In this document: positions 28,244 through 39,688 of the stretch, one piece after another
Numbering within the stretch: the stretch's first letter is position 1
Layout: each line of letters begins with the position of its first letter
Virus record (IMG/VR): IMGVR_UViG_3300008266_000015
DNA: 64,000 nt
DNA from: a virus
Strand: one strand, 5' to 3'
The notes under the pieces: generated by a model
The model's database searches: none
What the model was told of the DNA's origin: nothing
The model's input: the letters and a program-made list of their open reading frames with translations, nothing else
Position numbers and translations under genes: made by a program

Positions 28244-29627
28244 AACATACACAGCACTCCTTCAAGACATATTAGATAATGGAGTAGAAAAGAAAGATAG
28301 AACTGGAACTGGAACTATCTCAGTTTTTGGTAGACAAATCCGTCATAAAATGAGTGAAGGTTTTCCACTACTTACAACCAAGAAGATGGCTTGGAAAACT
28401 ATGGTGACTGAATTACTATGGTTTTTAAGAGGTGATACAAATATTAAGTATCTTGTTGATAACGATACTTCTATATGGAACGGAGATGCCTATAAAAATT
28501 ACCTAAAGAAAAGAACATTTGCAAATAAGGATAATGTAAGAGAACCGGTTACATTAGAAAATGGTATGACTGGTGAAAGATCAAGACAATTCACTCAAGA
28601 AGAGTTCATCAACCGTATCAAAACCGATGATGAGTTTGCTAAAAAGTGGGGTGAATTAGGACCGATTTATGGTAAGCAATGGAGAAGTTGGAAAGGATTT
28701 CATGAAGGACAACATGACATATTAAAAGTAATTGAGGGTATTGAAAAACATAAAGATTACTTAGAAGGTATAGATCAAATTTTTAATCTAATCTATAACC
28801 TTAAAACAAATCCAGACTCAAGACGATTAATGGTTTCGGCTTGGAATGTAGGTGAATTGGGTTCAATGGTTCTTCCACCTTGTCACTATGGATTTCAAGT
28901 TTATACAAGAGAGTTGAGTTTGCAAGAAAGAAATGATTATTATACTTCTCATTATTTGGGATTAGATTGTGAAACACATGAAGAACTAGATAAACTAGGT
29001 GATATTCCAAAACGAGCAATCTCATTAATGTGGAATCAACGTTCAGTAGATACATTCTTAGGTTTACCATTCAACATTGCATCTTATGGGTTATTACTTA
29101 CAATGATTGCAGATGAAGTAAATATGGTACCTGATGAATTGATTGGAAACTTAGGTGATGTACACCTTTATAGTAACCATGTTGAACAAGCAAAAGAACA
29201 GATTGGAAGAGAACCATATCCACTACCAACAGTACACGTTAGAGATGGTATATTCTGTTCCTCAATTAATGATGTCGTTTTAGAAAACTATCAATCACAC
29301 CCAACAATTAAAGCACCTTTATCAAATAAAGAAAATCCAACTTCAAAACTAACATATGATGAGTGGATGGAACAAATATGGACATCTCGTATAACAAATT
29401 TTAAAAATCAAAACTTAATAGAACGAGAAATAGATTTTAAAAAAACACTAACAGACATTAGTACAAGATTACCAACAGTCCAATATGATAATGGAGATAT
29501 TTCAGACATTGGAAATGAAATTGGATACACAATTGGGTCAATATTAGAAAATATGACACAAGAGGAAATAGGTGATTTTATTAGAGGATTTAGACACGGA
29601 GTAAGTTTAACAAACGGAACACATTAA
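28227..29627 (+). CDS. thyA: Thymidylate synthase with insertions and a 99-aa C-terminal extension
   Basis: DRTGTGT, FPLLTTKK, ELLWFL, GPIYGKQWR, PDSRR, LPPCH, QRSVD.FLGLPFN, HLY.NH, HPTIKAPLSN. Confidence 0.92.
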   Translation: MNNLDKTYTALLQDILDNGVEKKDRTGTGTISVFGRQIRHKMSEGFPLLTTKKMAWKTMVTELLWFLRGDTNIKYLVDNDTSIWNGDAYKNYLKKRTFANKDNVREPVTLENGMTGERSRQFTQEEFINRIKTDDEFAKKWGELGPIYGKQWRSWKGFHEGQHDILKVIEGIEKHKDYLEGIDQIFNLIYNLKTNPDSRRLMVSAWNVGELGSMVLPPCHYGFQVYTRELSLQERNDYYTSHYLGLDCETHEELDKLGDIPKRAISLMWNQRSVDTFLGLPFNIASYGLLLTMIADEVNMVPDELIGNLGDVHLYSNHVEQAKEQIGREPYPLPTVHVRDGIFCSSINDVVLENYQSHPTIKAPLSNKENPTSKLTYDEWMEQIWTSRITNFKNQNLIEREIDFKKTLTDISTRLPTVQYDNGDISDIGNEIGYTIGSILENMTQEEIGDFIRGFRHGVSLTNGTH

Positions 29628-29644
29628 ATATAACCAATAAAGTT

Positions 29645-29806
29645 ATGAAAAGACCAAGCGCAGAAAAACATTTTATAGTAAGTCTAGTTAAGTCCCTTAC
29701 TCGAATCATCGGATGTGGTTTATTAATTGGAGGCCTATATCAACCTGCAGGTATTGTACTGCTAATCGGTGAAATACTTGGAGTTGTAGAAGAATTGGTA
29801 GATTAA
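29645..29806 (+). CDS. Small membrane protein
   Basis: MKRPSAEKHFIVSLVKSLTRIIGCGLLIGGLYQPAGIVLLIGEILGVVEELVD*; AAGTTATG start; below ORF-track cutoff. Confidence 0.6.
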   Translation: MKRPSAEKHFIVSLVKSLTRIIGCGLLIGGLYQPAGIVLLIGEILGVVEELVD

Positions 29807-29831
29807 ACCACTCATCTCCATATTTATTAGC

Positions 29832-30215
29832 ATGATATTACTAATTGATCTACTAAGAGAAGACATTACGGCTGCTGATGTGAATCGTATACTAAAACGT
29901 ACGGGTGATGAACAAGATTTGTACGAACCGGATTGGGAAGAGTTTACACCTGAAGTATGTAATACTGGATTTTGTGATATATTTGCTGAAAAATTTAGAG
30001 AAGAATATCCAGGTGCTGAATTATGGGGAACCGATTGGGGTACAAAAGAATCACCATTTGGGCATGTGTGGATAAAATATAAAAATCTATATTATGATGC
30101 TGAAACATCTAACGGAGTTGAAGATTGGAAAAACATTCCATTTATCCAACGGGTATATAATACTAGAAAAAAATACCCAGATGATATAACCCGATTAGAC
30201 ACACTCAACCATTAA
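29832..30215 (+). CDS. Leader-bearing protein with putative Cys-His-Asp (transglutaminase/papain-like) domain
   Basis: MILLIDLLRE leader; GFCDIFA, GHVWI, YYDAE. Confidence 0.55.
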   Translation: MILLIDLLREDITAADVNRILKRTGDEQDLYEPDWEEFTPEVCNTGFCDIFAEKFREEYPGAELWGTDWGTKESPFGHVWIKYKNLYYDAETSNGVEDWKNIPFIQRVYNTRKKYPDDITRLDTLNH

Positions 30216-30259
30216 ATCACCTTTATCAAATTAATTCATATTTATATCAAAACATCGAT

Positions 30260-30502
30260 ATGAGCATGCTAAAAAATTACTGGGCCCCAACTCCAAAAAA
30301 ATGGAAAAAAATTGGAGACGCATTATTAGCAACATCTACTGTTATTACAGTAGGGGGAATGCTAAACTTTGAGAATCTCAAAGAAATATTTACCCTAGCA
30401 CAAATCAGATGGATAACTATTGCTCCAATGATTTTAGGTGTGATTGGAAAGTTTCTAACAAATTTCTTTAAAGATCCTGAAACTCCAAATTTGGAAGACT
30501 AA
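30260..30502 (+). CDS. Holin-like two-TM protein
   Basis: PTPKKWKK followed by two hydrophobic helices; ATATTTAT upstream. Confidence 0.5.
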   Translation: MSMLKNYWAPTPKKWKKIGDALLATSTVITVGGMLNFENLKEIFTLAQIRWITIAPMILGVIGKFLTNFFKDPETPNLED

Positions 30503-30525
30503 AAAATATATTGTATATTAAAGTT

Positions 30526-30945
30526 ATGGAAAACGAAAATTATGTACCATTTGTCTCCGAGGTAGAGACATTTAACGAAACAATGGGGAAACCCAATACC
30601 TATACACCAAATATTCCCGAAAGAAAGGAATGGGAATTTGTATACAATTTTATTCTTGAGGAATTAGAGGAATACAAACACGCCTGTGAAAGGAATGGGG
30701 TTATGCTTCATGGTTTAAAAAACCAATTCATGGATGCTTATGCTGAGGTACAAGCCTCAAATATGTCTAAAGCTTGTAAAACAGAAGAGGAAGCAATTGC
30801 TACTTGTGAAAGTGAAGCAAAGCGTATTGGTGAGGAAACACATTATGAAAAAGTAGGAGAATACTATATTGTATATAGAACTCGAGATCGAAAAGTACTT
30901 AAATCAATTAATTACTTTAGACCAAATTTAAAGAAATTTTTGTAA
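30526..30945 (+). CDS. MazG/DR2231-like nucleoside triphosphate pyrophosphohydrolase, apparently internally deleted
   Basis: V.TFN..MG, EELEEY, EVQASNMSK, KVLKS..YFRP; the expected D.VE..DAL.D..YV segment is absent; ATG at 30526 preferred over TTG at 30511. Confidence 0.7.
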   Translation: MENENYVPFVSEVETFNETMGKPNTYTPNIPERKEWEFVYNFILEELEEYKHACERNGVMLHGLKNQFMDAYAEVQASNMSKACKTEEEAIATCESEAKRIGEETHYEKVGEYYIVYRTRDRKVLKSINYFRPNLKKFL

Positions 30946-30965
30946 ATTATTATTTATAATAAAAA

Positions 30966-31346
30966 ATGAAAAAATCTGAACTTAAACAAATTATTAAGGA
31001 AGAAATATCTAAGGTATTAAATGAAAATAAGTATCAAGTAGTATTTATTTCTTATAGTGATGAAGAAGTTCCATATACTGAACAATATTTTGGTTCTTAT
31101 GAAGAAGCAAGTGCATGGGTAGATGGATACGAAGCATATGAATATGAAGAAGTTTGGAACTCAGCATCTCAAGATTATGAACAGGAAAAAGTTTTTAATT
31201 ACTATAACCCTCAAGATAAACAAATCTACTCAGGGTATGATATAAAACAAATGGAAAATCTTTCAGAATCTCAACAACTTCAATCATTAGAACAACAAGC
31301 TAAAGACTTTGTTTCAAAATATGGTAAAGTTAAAGTAAAAATATGA
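30966..31346 (+). CDS. MKKSEL-leader protein
   Basis: MKKSELKQIIKEEISKVLNE N-terminus shared with 56762, 57108, 57631. Confidence 0.7.
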   Translation: MKKSELKQIIKEEISKVLNENKYQVVFISYSDEEVPYTEQYFGSYEEASAWVDGYEAYEYEEVWNSASQDYEQEKVFNYYNPQDKQIYSGYDIKQMENLSESQQLQSLEQQAKDFVSKYGKVKVKI

Positions 31347-31609
31347 ACAACTTTGACCGAATTAGAGCTTTAGATAAATTACTAGAGAAAGCATTTGAAG
31401 AATTAAATAATATTAATCCTGAAGAAACAGATAAAAATGTTGCTTTGACTAACTTGATTAAAGGGTTTAAAAAGACACATGATAATATCCATTTTGATTT
31501 ACTAGATTCATATTATGAATTACAAAATCCAAATATCGAAGAAAAAATAATAGAACGCTTAGAAGGATTAGTCAAATTAATGCGTATATTTGTAGAATTT
31601 GAAAAATAA
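31343..31609 (+). CDS. Hypothetical protein
   Basis: 88-aa helical ORF, ATGA overlap. Confidence 0.55.
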   Translation: MNNFDRIRALDKLLEKAFEELNNINPEETDKNVALTNLIKGFKKTHDNIHFDLLDSYYELQNPNIEEKIIERLEGLVKLMRIFVEFEK

Positions 31610-31615
31610 ATTAAT

Positions 31616-31640
31616 AGGCTTGGATTTCCAAGCCTTTTTT
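31616..31640 (+). terminator. Intrinsic terminator overlapping a promoter upstream element
   Basis: AGGCTTGG-attt-CCAAGCCT followed by a T-tract; TTGG at 31620 is the promoter element. Confidence 0.75.
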
Positions 31641-31661
31641 CTTATATTAAAAATAAAAGTT

Positions 31662-31901
31662 ATGGCTAAAACATACATTCATGTTAACCAACATTATATA
31701 AGATCTAATAAAACAAAAGGAACCAATCTACCAGTAATTACTATTAAACAAGGTAAAACTAATACTTATTGTAATGAGGTAGAAATATTGGGCCCAAGTA
31801 AAATAATTTATGGAGGAGCAGGATGTGATGTAAAACCAATATTAAGTTGTGGAGCAAGAGTAGTTATTGAAACTGAAAGTGAAATAAGAATTATTAAATA
31901 A
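31662..31901 (+). CDS. Conserved phage hypothetical protein
   Basis: IHVNQH.IR.N, VITIK, EVEILGPS, LSCGARV; ATG at 31662 in AAGTTATG context. Confidence 0.65.
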   Translation: MAKTYIHVNQHYIRSNKTKGTNLPVITIKQGKTNTYCNEVEILGPSKIIYGGAGCDVKPILSCGARVVIETESEIRIIK

Positions 31902-31906
31902 AAGTT

Positions 31907-34489
31907 ATGTATCAATCAATTTATTATGATTTTTCTGATTACACATATCATTTGAGGGACGACAAAACAGGTTGGACCCAATTTCAATTTCAACCTACAT
32001 ACTGGAAACGTATTGATGAATGGGACGAAGGTGCTCAACCTGTATTAACAGGAGGATATGCAGTGCCCACTAAAAAATATAGTAAGGACGATCCTAATTT
32101 ATTAGAAAAGGATATCAATAAAGAATTACTTGTATTGAGGGAACTTTACTATAAATTTGATGATGTTGTTCCTTCATTCCACAATATAGTTTATCTCGAT
32201 ATCGAGATTGAAATGGGTGGAGCACTTACACCAGAATATATTAAAGCAGCCCCAATGCCTCTTACCTCCATTGCTTTAATAGATATGACCACTAAAACAA
32301 AAATATGTTTTATTGTGGATAAAAGTAAGGAAATACAAGAATACAATCAAGATGGTAAACATATTATTCCTTGTGGTTCAGAAAAAGAATTAATTAAACG
32401 ATTCCTAGATAAATTTGAGGAACTAGACCCAACCATTATTATAGGATGGAATAGTGCATATTTTGATATCCCTTACCTATACTTCAGACTTATAAAAATA
32501 GTAGGTGAAAATGAGGTAAAAAGAATGTCTCCAATTAGAAAAGTTGATTTCTCAGAATTTGCTGGTGAAATGCGGGTTAAAATTGGTGGTGTTAATCACT
32601 TAGATTATATGTTGCTTCATAAAAAATACATTATGAAGGAAGAACCCTCATATAAGTTAGGAGAAATTGGAACTAAATATGTTAAATTAGGTAAGATTGA
32701 ATATGAAGGTAATTTAAATACGTTGTTTAAAAACGATTTAAATGCGTTTATAGAGTACAATTTACGAGACGTTGAAATCATTGAAAAATTAGAAGAAAAG
32801 CTTAAATTCATTGAATTAACGGTAATGATTTCACATATCTGTAACATACCTTATGAAAGTATTTACTACAACACAGTAATGAATGAAGGTGCTATATTAA
32901 AGCACCTAAGACGTGAGGGTATTATTTCACCAAACAAACCTACTACTCACAATCCCATATTAAAAAATACTAAAGAAAGCTATGCTGGAGGATACTTACT
33001 AGAACCAATTCCAGGTCTATACTTTGACGTAATTGATTTGGATTTTACTTCTCTATATCCTTCAATCATTAAATCATTGAATTTAGGTATTGAAACATTA
33101 GTGGGTCGCATTAAAGTAGATAACAATCCAACTTATGAGCAAAACCATTCATTAGAAAAACTTAAGGAACGCGACCCCAATGAAGTCATTACTATTGAAA
33201 AGGTAAACAAAACCAATTACACACTTAGATCCGCAACCATCAAAATAGGGGATCTAGTTAATTTAATTGAGAAAAACGAATACGCAGTTGCTGCCTCAGG
33301 AGCTATGTTTAGGACTGATGAAAAAAGTGTAGTTGCTAGTATTCTAGAGGGATGGTTCGAAAAACGAGAACACTATCGTGGTTTAAAGAAAACAGCAGGT
33401 AAAGCCGAAGATTGGGCAAACTATAAATTGTACGATTTGTTCCAACATGCATTTAAAATCTTACAGAACGCAATGTACGGTACATTTGCTATTAATGGAT
33501 GGAGGTACACTGATGGGCATTTAATTTGTAGTGCTGCTATTACAAACAGCGGACAACGTTTAACTCAAGAGTCAATTGAATTTGTAAACAACAAAATCAA
33601 TACTGAAATAAAGCAAGAAAAACAAAACATATGCATTTCAGATACAGATTCACTTTATATAGTACTAGGAGACCTATTAAACCATAGATATCCAAATTGT
33701 TCACCTGAGGAAAAAAACGACAAAATACTATTGTTGGCTCAGGAAATACAAAACGAATCTAATCACTATCTAGATGAATTAAGTAAACGTTTATTCAATA
33801 CTGATTCCCACTACTTTCAATTAAAGCAAGAAGTAATTTGTGCAGGTGTACTTACAACAGGTAAACGTAGATATGCAATGTATGTTACTAATAAGGAAGG
33901 TGTTGATGTAGAGGAATTGGATATGAAAGGACTTGAATTAATGAAGTCCAATATGAATAAATTATTTAAGAAATTTGGAGAGGATTTTATTAAAAATGTA
34001 TTGTTTGGTAAACCAAAATCTGAAATAGACAATGATATAGTTGATTTCTACAAAACACTAAAAACACTAGATCCTAAAAAATTAGGTAAACCAACAGGTG
34101 TAAAACAAATCCATAACTATCACATACCAGCAATGGCTGGAGACATGTTTAGTAGATTTAGAATTAAAGCACCAGCAAACACTAAAGCCGCTGTTCGCTA
34201 TAACGATTTACTTAGGTTTAAAAAACTAGATAAAAAATATGAATCAATTATTGAAGGCGATAAAATATTTATTGTTAACTTAAAACAAAATCCATACAAT
34301 CTAGAAACAATTGGCCTACCAAATGCTCAAGTACCATTAGAAATTGAGGAATTTGTTAAAACCTATATTGATGTTGAGGAAATATTTGATTCATTGTTAG
34401 CAAATAAATTAAAGTCATTGTATCTTGATCTTTCTTGGGATTTTCCTCCCTTGAATCCAAATGTAAACAAATTCTTTGCATTTAATTAG
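31907..34489 (+). CDS. Family B DNA polymerase (T4 gp43-like)
   Basis: Exo DIEIE, WNSAYFDIPY, YNLRDV; Pol DFTSLYPS, KILQNAMYG, SDTDS, KRRY, KGLE. Confidence 0.95.
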   Translation: MYQSIYYDFSDYTYHLRDDKTGWTQFQFQPTYWKRIDEWDEGAQPVLTGGYAVPTKKYSKDDPNLLEKDINKELLVLRELYYKFDDVVPSFHNIVYLDIEIEMGGALTPEYIKAAPMPLTSIALIDMTTKTKICFIVDKSKEIQEYNQDGKHIIPCGSEKELIKRFLDKFEELDPTIIIGWNSAYFDIPYLYFRLIKIVGENEVKRMSPIRKVDFSEFAGEMRVKIGGVNHLDYMLLHKKYIMKEEPSYKLGEIGTKYVKLGKIEYEGNLNTLFKNDLNAFIEYNLRDVEIIEKLEEKLKFIELTVMISHICNIPYESIYYNTVMNEGAILKHLRREGIISPNKPTTHNPILKNTKESYAGGYLLEPIPGLYFDVIDLDFTSLYPSIIKSLNLGIETLVGRIKVDNNPTYEQNHSLEKLKERDPNEVITIEKVNKTNYTLRSATIKIGDLVNLIEKNEYAVAASGAMFRTDEKSVVASILEGWFEKREHYRGLKKTAGKAEDWANYKLYDLFQHAFKILQNAMYGTFAINGWRYTDGHLICSAAITNSGQRLTQESIEFVNNKINTEIKQEKQNICISDTDSLYIVLGDLLNHRYPNCSPEEKNDKILLLAQEIQNESNHYLDELSKRLFNTDSHYFQLKQEVICAGVLTTGKRRYAMYVTNKEGVDVEELDMKGLELMKSNMNKLFKKFGEDFIKNVLFGKPKSEIDNDIVDFYKTLKTLDPKKLGKPTGVKQIHNYHIPAMAGDMFSRFRIKAPANTKAAVRYNDLLRFKKLDKKYESIIEGDKIFIVNLKQNPYNLETIGLPNAQVPLEIEEFVKTYIDVEEIFDSLLANKLKSLYLDLSWDFPPLNPNVNKFFAFN

Positions 34490-34534
34490 GATTTCAAAAC
34501 CATCTTTTATATATTCAAACAAAATAAAAGTTAT

Positions 34535-35302
34535 ATGTTTTTAATAAATAAATTTGAACTACAAGCAGTTATTAACAAATACTATATTGGTGGTCTAATT
34601 GAAGCTGTCAAATGGGAAATCAAAGACAAACAATTAAATATCAAATTCACAGCACCAACTAAAGAAATGTTAGGTGAGGTAATACACACCAAATTCAATT
34701 TAGAGGATTCAAATATTGGTATTTCAAACACATCTCAATTAATTAAATTAATCAATATTACTAATGGGGATGTGATATTGCAATTTCTAAAATCGGGTAG
34801 AGTATTTACTAAATTAATTGTTTCTGATAACCAGTTTACCACTAACTATACATTAGCAGATATACTAACAATTAATAAATCAGGAACATATAATGGTTCT
34901 CAAGAGTTCCATTTAGAAGCATCATTAGATAAGGAAATAATTACTGCCTTAATTAAAGCTAAATCAGCACTAGATGATAGTTCAACTGTTATGTTAAAAT
35001 CAAACATTAGTTTAGATAACGAATTTCAACTTGAATTGATATTTGGGGGAGATATTGAATACTCAAATAAAGTATCTTATTATATTCCTAACATTACACA
35101 GAAAAATGTTCCTAAAGAATTCATGGGTTCATTTTCAGAATACAAAATCGGATTTAACTCTGATTTATTAAAAGACATTTTAAGCGTTAATAAAGACGCC
35201 GATGAATCTAAATTATACATTAATCTAGATGGGTTAATGAAATTAGAATTTATATCAGAAAACATTAAATCAACATATTATATAGTTCAAAAAGATGTTT
35301 AA
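34535..35302 (+). CDS. Sliding clamp (gp45/PCNA-like)
   Basis: Size, position directly after PolB, two-domain beta-rich pattern ending STYYIV. Confidence 0.65.
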   Translation: MFLINKFELQAVINKYYIGGLIEAVKWEIKDKQLNIKFTAPTKEMLGEVIHTKFNLEDSNIGISNTSQLIKLINITNGDVILQFLKSGRVFTKLIVSDNQFTTNYTLADILTINKSGTYNGSQEFHLEASLDKEIITALIKAKSALDDSSTVMLKSNISLDNEFQLELIFGGDIEYSNKVSYYIPNITQKNVPKEFMGSFSEYKIGFNSDLLKDILSVNKDADESKLYINLDGLMKLEFISENIKSTYYIVQKDV

Positions 35303-35525
35303 TATTACAAAACAAGTATTCAACCATAATGATGCGCTTTATATCCTTAAGCGACATATTAAAGAATCTACAATACCTGAAGATCAGGTTCAAAGTTACA
35401 AAAAATATTTAGGATGTGATACAGTCTTAAAAAAAGATGGTGTGTATTATTTTGTAAATAAAATAGAAGAAGCACAGATTGTTGAAGATAAATATCTTCA
35501 ACTTGAATTACCCCTAGAATTTTAG
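35295..35525 (+). CDS. Hypothetical protein
   Basis: 76-aa ORF. Confidence 0.55.
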   Translation: MFNITKQVFNHNDALYILKRHIKESTIPEDQVQSYKKYLGCDTVLKKDGVYYFVNKIEEAQIVEDKYLQLELPLEF

Positions 35526-35556
35526 TATATTTATAATAAACAAATAAAAAAGTTAT

Positions 35557-35847
35557 ATGAAATTAGAAGCAGTTTTTAACAGCATCATTGTCAAACCTCA
35601 AGAAGAGGAAGAAACCACCTACGGCTCAATAGTTGTACCTGATTTAGGAAAAGAGAAAGGTCTACGAGGTACTATTACATCTGTAGGACCAGGATACTAC
35701 TCAGCCACAGGAACATTTGTTGATTCATCTCTTAGAGTAGGTCAAAAAGTTATTTTACCTCCAATTGGTCCTGTCAAAATTGAAAACGAAGGAGAGGAAT
35801 ATTGGTCATGTAGTGAAAATCAAGTGCTAGCCATTATCACAGAGTAA
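35557..35847 (+). CDS. groES: Co-chaperonin GroES
   Basis: IIVKP, TTYGSIVVPD mobile loop, G.I.SVGPG, VGQKV, ENQVLAII. Confidence 0.9.
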   Translation: MKLEAVFNSIIVKPQEEEETTYGSIVVPDLGKEKGLRGTITSVGPGYYSATGTFVDSSLRVGQKVILPPIGPVKIENEGEEYWSCSENQVLAIITE

Positions 35848-35850
35848 ATT

Positions 35851-36030
35851 ATGGATAAGTCTAAAGAAGTAGAATTAGTATCTGCTATTCTAAAAAACTA
35901 CCTTACTGTTCAAAAACATATTGGTGAAATAGATGTACTTCCCAAAATGTACCACCCAACAGAAGATCAAGTGAATATCCCATTGTTAATGAATGGTAAA
36001 AAATTAGTTGTAGAAATTAAAACAGTTTAA
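35851..36030 (+). CDS. Small hypothetical protein between groES and groEL
   Basis: 59-aa ORF MDKSKEVELVSAILKNY...KKLVVEIKTV* filling the gap exactly. Confidence 0.55.
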   Translation: MDKSKEVELVSAILKNYLTVQKHIGEIDVLPKMYHPTEDQVNIPLLMNGKKLVVEIKTV

Positions 36031-36035
36031 AATAA

Positions 36036-37670
<1,635 letters not shown>

Positions 37671-37678
37671 TATATTAA

Positions 37679-37706
37679 TCTGGAGATCGATTTTTCGGTC
37701 TCCAGA
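37679..37706 (+). terminator. Hairpin after groEL
   Basis: TCTGGAGATCGA-tttt-TCGGTCTCCAGA (12 bp with one G-U). Confidence 0.7.
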
Positions 37707-37753
37707 ATTATTAGGATTCCAAAATCCTAAATTGTATATTAAAAATAAAAGTT

Positions 37754-38005
37754 ATGAGATTTATAGTTGGATTATTTAAATTACTGGAGGGACTAATGTT
37801 GTTCTATTTAGTTTTTTGGCTTTTAGGATGGTACATCAAAGGACATTTCGGTAAATACTTCATTTTCTTTTGGCTATATTCAGCACTCTGTGTATTTTTA
37901 TATTTTAATCATCAACAAAAATTGAAAGACTCAATCGATCCTAGATCAGGACAAGAGATATGGACTGAAAGCATGAAGGATTATGATGCGGTAAGAGGTT
38001 ATTAA
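37754..38005 (+). CDS. Small two-TM membrane protein
   Basis: Two hydrophobic helices. Confidence 0.6.
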   Translation: MRFIVGLFKLLEGLMLFYLVFWLLGWYIKGHFGKYFIFFWLYSALCVFLYFNHQQKLKDSIDPRSGQEIWTESMKDYDAVRGY

Positions 38006-38022
38006 TATTAAAAATTAAAGTT

Positions 38023-38385
38023 ATGAAATTAAAAGATAAAGTTGTTGTTAAATCTGGTGATAGATTATTTGAAGGTTTAATTGAAAAGATAGATTGGGAT
38101 ATTGACCAAAATATATATTTAGTAAATAATGAATGGTTTTGTCAATCTGAGATTACTTTAAAAAAAGGAATAGAAATAATTCAAGTAACTACCCCAAAAT
38201 TTGAATATGATGGTAAAGAATTATATGTTGAAGACAAGATGTATAAAAACCTAAATCAATTTCAAGACGATATTAATGAGTATGAACAGAAAGGTGCTAC
38301 CAAATGTTTTTTTTACACATTAAAAACAACACATGAATCAAATTTAGGCACGATATATTGGGTTAGATGTAAATTTACTAAATAA
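38023..38385 (+). CDS. Hypothetical protein
   Basis: 120-aa ORF, AAGTTATG start. Confidence 0.55.
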   Translation: MKLKDKVVVKSGDRLFEGLIEKIDWDIDQNIYLVNNEWFCQSEITLKKGIEIIQVTTPKFEYDGKELYVEDKMYKNLNQFQDDINEYEQKGATKCFFYTLKTTHESNLGTIYWVRCKFTK

Positions 38386-38401
38386 TAAAAACAAATAAGT
38401 T

Positions 38402-39322
38402 ATGTCAAAAAAGTTACACACGATTTTAAACGAGCGCTATCGTCCTGATACTCTAGAAGGATATATCTGTAAAGACGAATACAAAGCAAAATTTCAGGAG
38501 TTCATTGATCAACAAGATATTCCACACTTACTATTTGCTGGAAAACCAGGTGCAGGTAAAACAACATTAGCTAAAATATTAGTTAAAAATATTGATTGTG
38601 ACTATCTATATGTTAATGCAACTGATGAACGTTCAATGGATGTTATGCGAGATAAAGTAGGAGCATTTGCCGCCGCTGGTTCATTCAAGCCGCTTAAAAT
38701 AGTGATATTGGATGAGGCCACTCATATCCTACAAGCTTCCCAAGTTATCTTGTTAAACATGATGGAAACATATAGTTTAACTACTCGTTTTATATTAACA
38801 GGTAACTATCCAGAACGTTTAATTGAACCACTTAGAAGTAGATGTCAGGAATTTGATCTATCTCCTCCATCTAAAAAAATAGTAGCAGAACACATTGATA
38901 CTATTTTAACTACAGAAGGTATTGAACACTCAATAGAGGATGTAGTTACAATTATTAAAAAATTCTATCCTGATTTTCGCAAAATCATTAACAACTGTCA
39001 AAAATATACTGTTGATAATGTTTTAACACTTGATAAATCAATAGATTCAACTGATGACTATAAGGAAAAAGTAGTTGCTGAATTAAAAACACCTTCATCC
39101 AAATCATTTAACAACATTAGACAAATAATAGCAAATACTGATTTAGATGACTTTGGAGATCTATATAGATTTTTATATGATCAAATAGGTGAGTATGCTA
39201 AAGGAAATGAAGGTATGGTTATTATTATTTTAGAGGAATATCTGTACCATTCAACATTTCGTTTAGATAAAGAAATCAACTTAGCAGCCTGTATAAGTAA
39301 AATTTTAGAAACAATTAAATAA
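38402..39322 (+). CDS. Clamp loader ATPase subunit (gp44/RFC-like)
   Basis: ERYRP, GKPGAGKTT, NATDER, ILDEA, LRSRC, PDFRK. Confidence 0.92.
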   Translation: MSKKLHTILNERYRPDTLEGYICKDEYKAKFQEFIDQQDIPHLLFAGKPGAGKTTLAKILVKNIDCDYLYVNATDERSMDVMRDKVGAFAAAGSFKPLKIVILDEATHILQASQVILLNMMETYSLTTRFILTGNYPERLIEPLRSRCQEFDLSPPSKKIVAEHIDTILTTEGIEHSIEDVVTIIKKFYPDFRKIINNCQKYTVDNVLTLDKSIDSTDDYKEKVVAELKTPSSKSFNNIRQIIANTDLDDFGDLYRFLYDQIGEYAKGNEGMVIIILEEYLYHSTFRLDKEINLAACISKILETIK

Positions 39323-39326
39323 AATT

Positions 39327-39686
39327 ATGAAAAAAGAATTTATACCCTACGAACAAGCATTAGCTTTAAAAGAATTAGGATTTGATGAACCTTGTTTTGG
39401 TTATTTTAGTTATGAAGAATTGGTAATAGAGGGAAGATATAAAAACTCAGAACATGGACGTTCTATTTCAGCACCATTATACCAACAAGCATTTAGATGG
39501 TTTAGAGAGAAGTATCAACTTTTACATTCGATTACTGAGTATAATAAAGATGGTTCTTTAATTACTAAAATTTATCAGAATAAAATAGTAGTATTTGAAA
39601 ATATGATGAACTTTGACATTACTGAATACGAAGAAGCAGAACTTGCTTGCCTTAATAAACTAATTGAAATAACTAAAATTAAATAA
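39327..39686 (+). CDS. Phage hypothetical protein
   Basis: EFIPYEQALALKELGFDEPC ... APLYQQAFRWFREK ... YEEAELACL. Confidence 0.65.
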   Translation: MKKEFIPYEQALALKELGFDEPCFGYFSYEELVIEGRYKNSEHGRSISAPLYQQAFRWFREKYQLLHSITEYNKDGSLITKIYQNKIVVFENMMNFDITEYEEAELACLNKLIEITKIK

Positions 39687-39688
39687 AT

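Noticed and set aside
31907-34489. Inteins in PolB, helicase, NrdA or UvsX
   Set aside because: Lengths are normal and no C/S...HN-C/S/T splice motifs or LAGLIDADG blocks were seen
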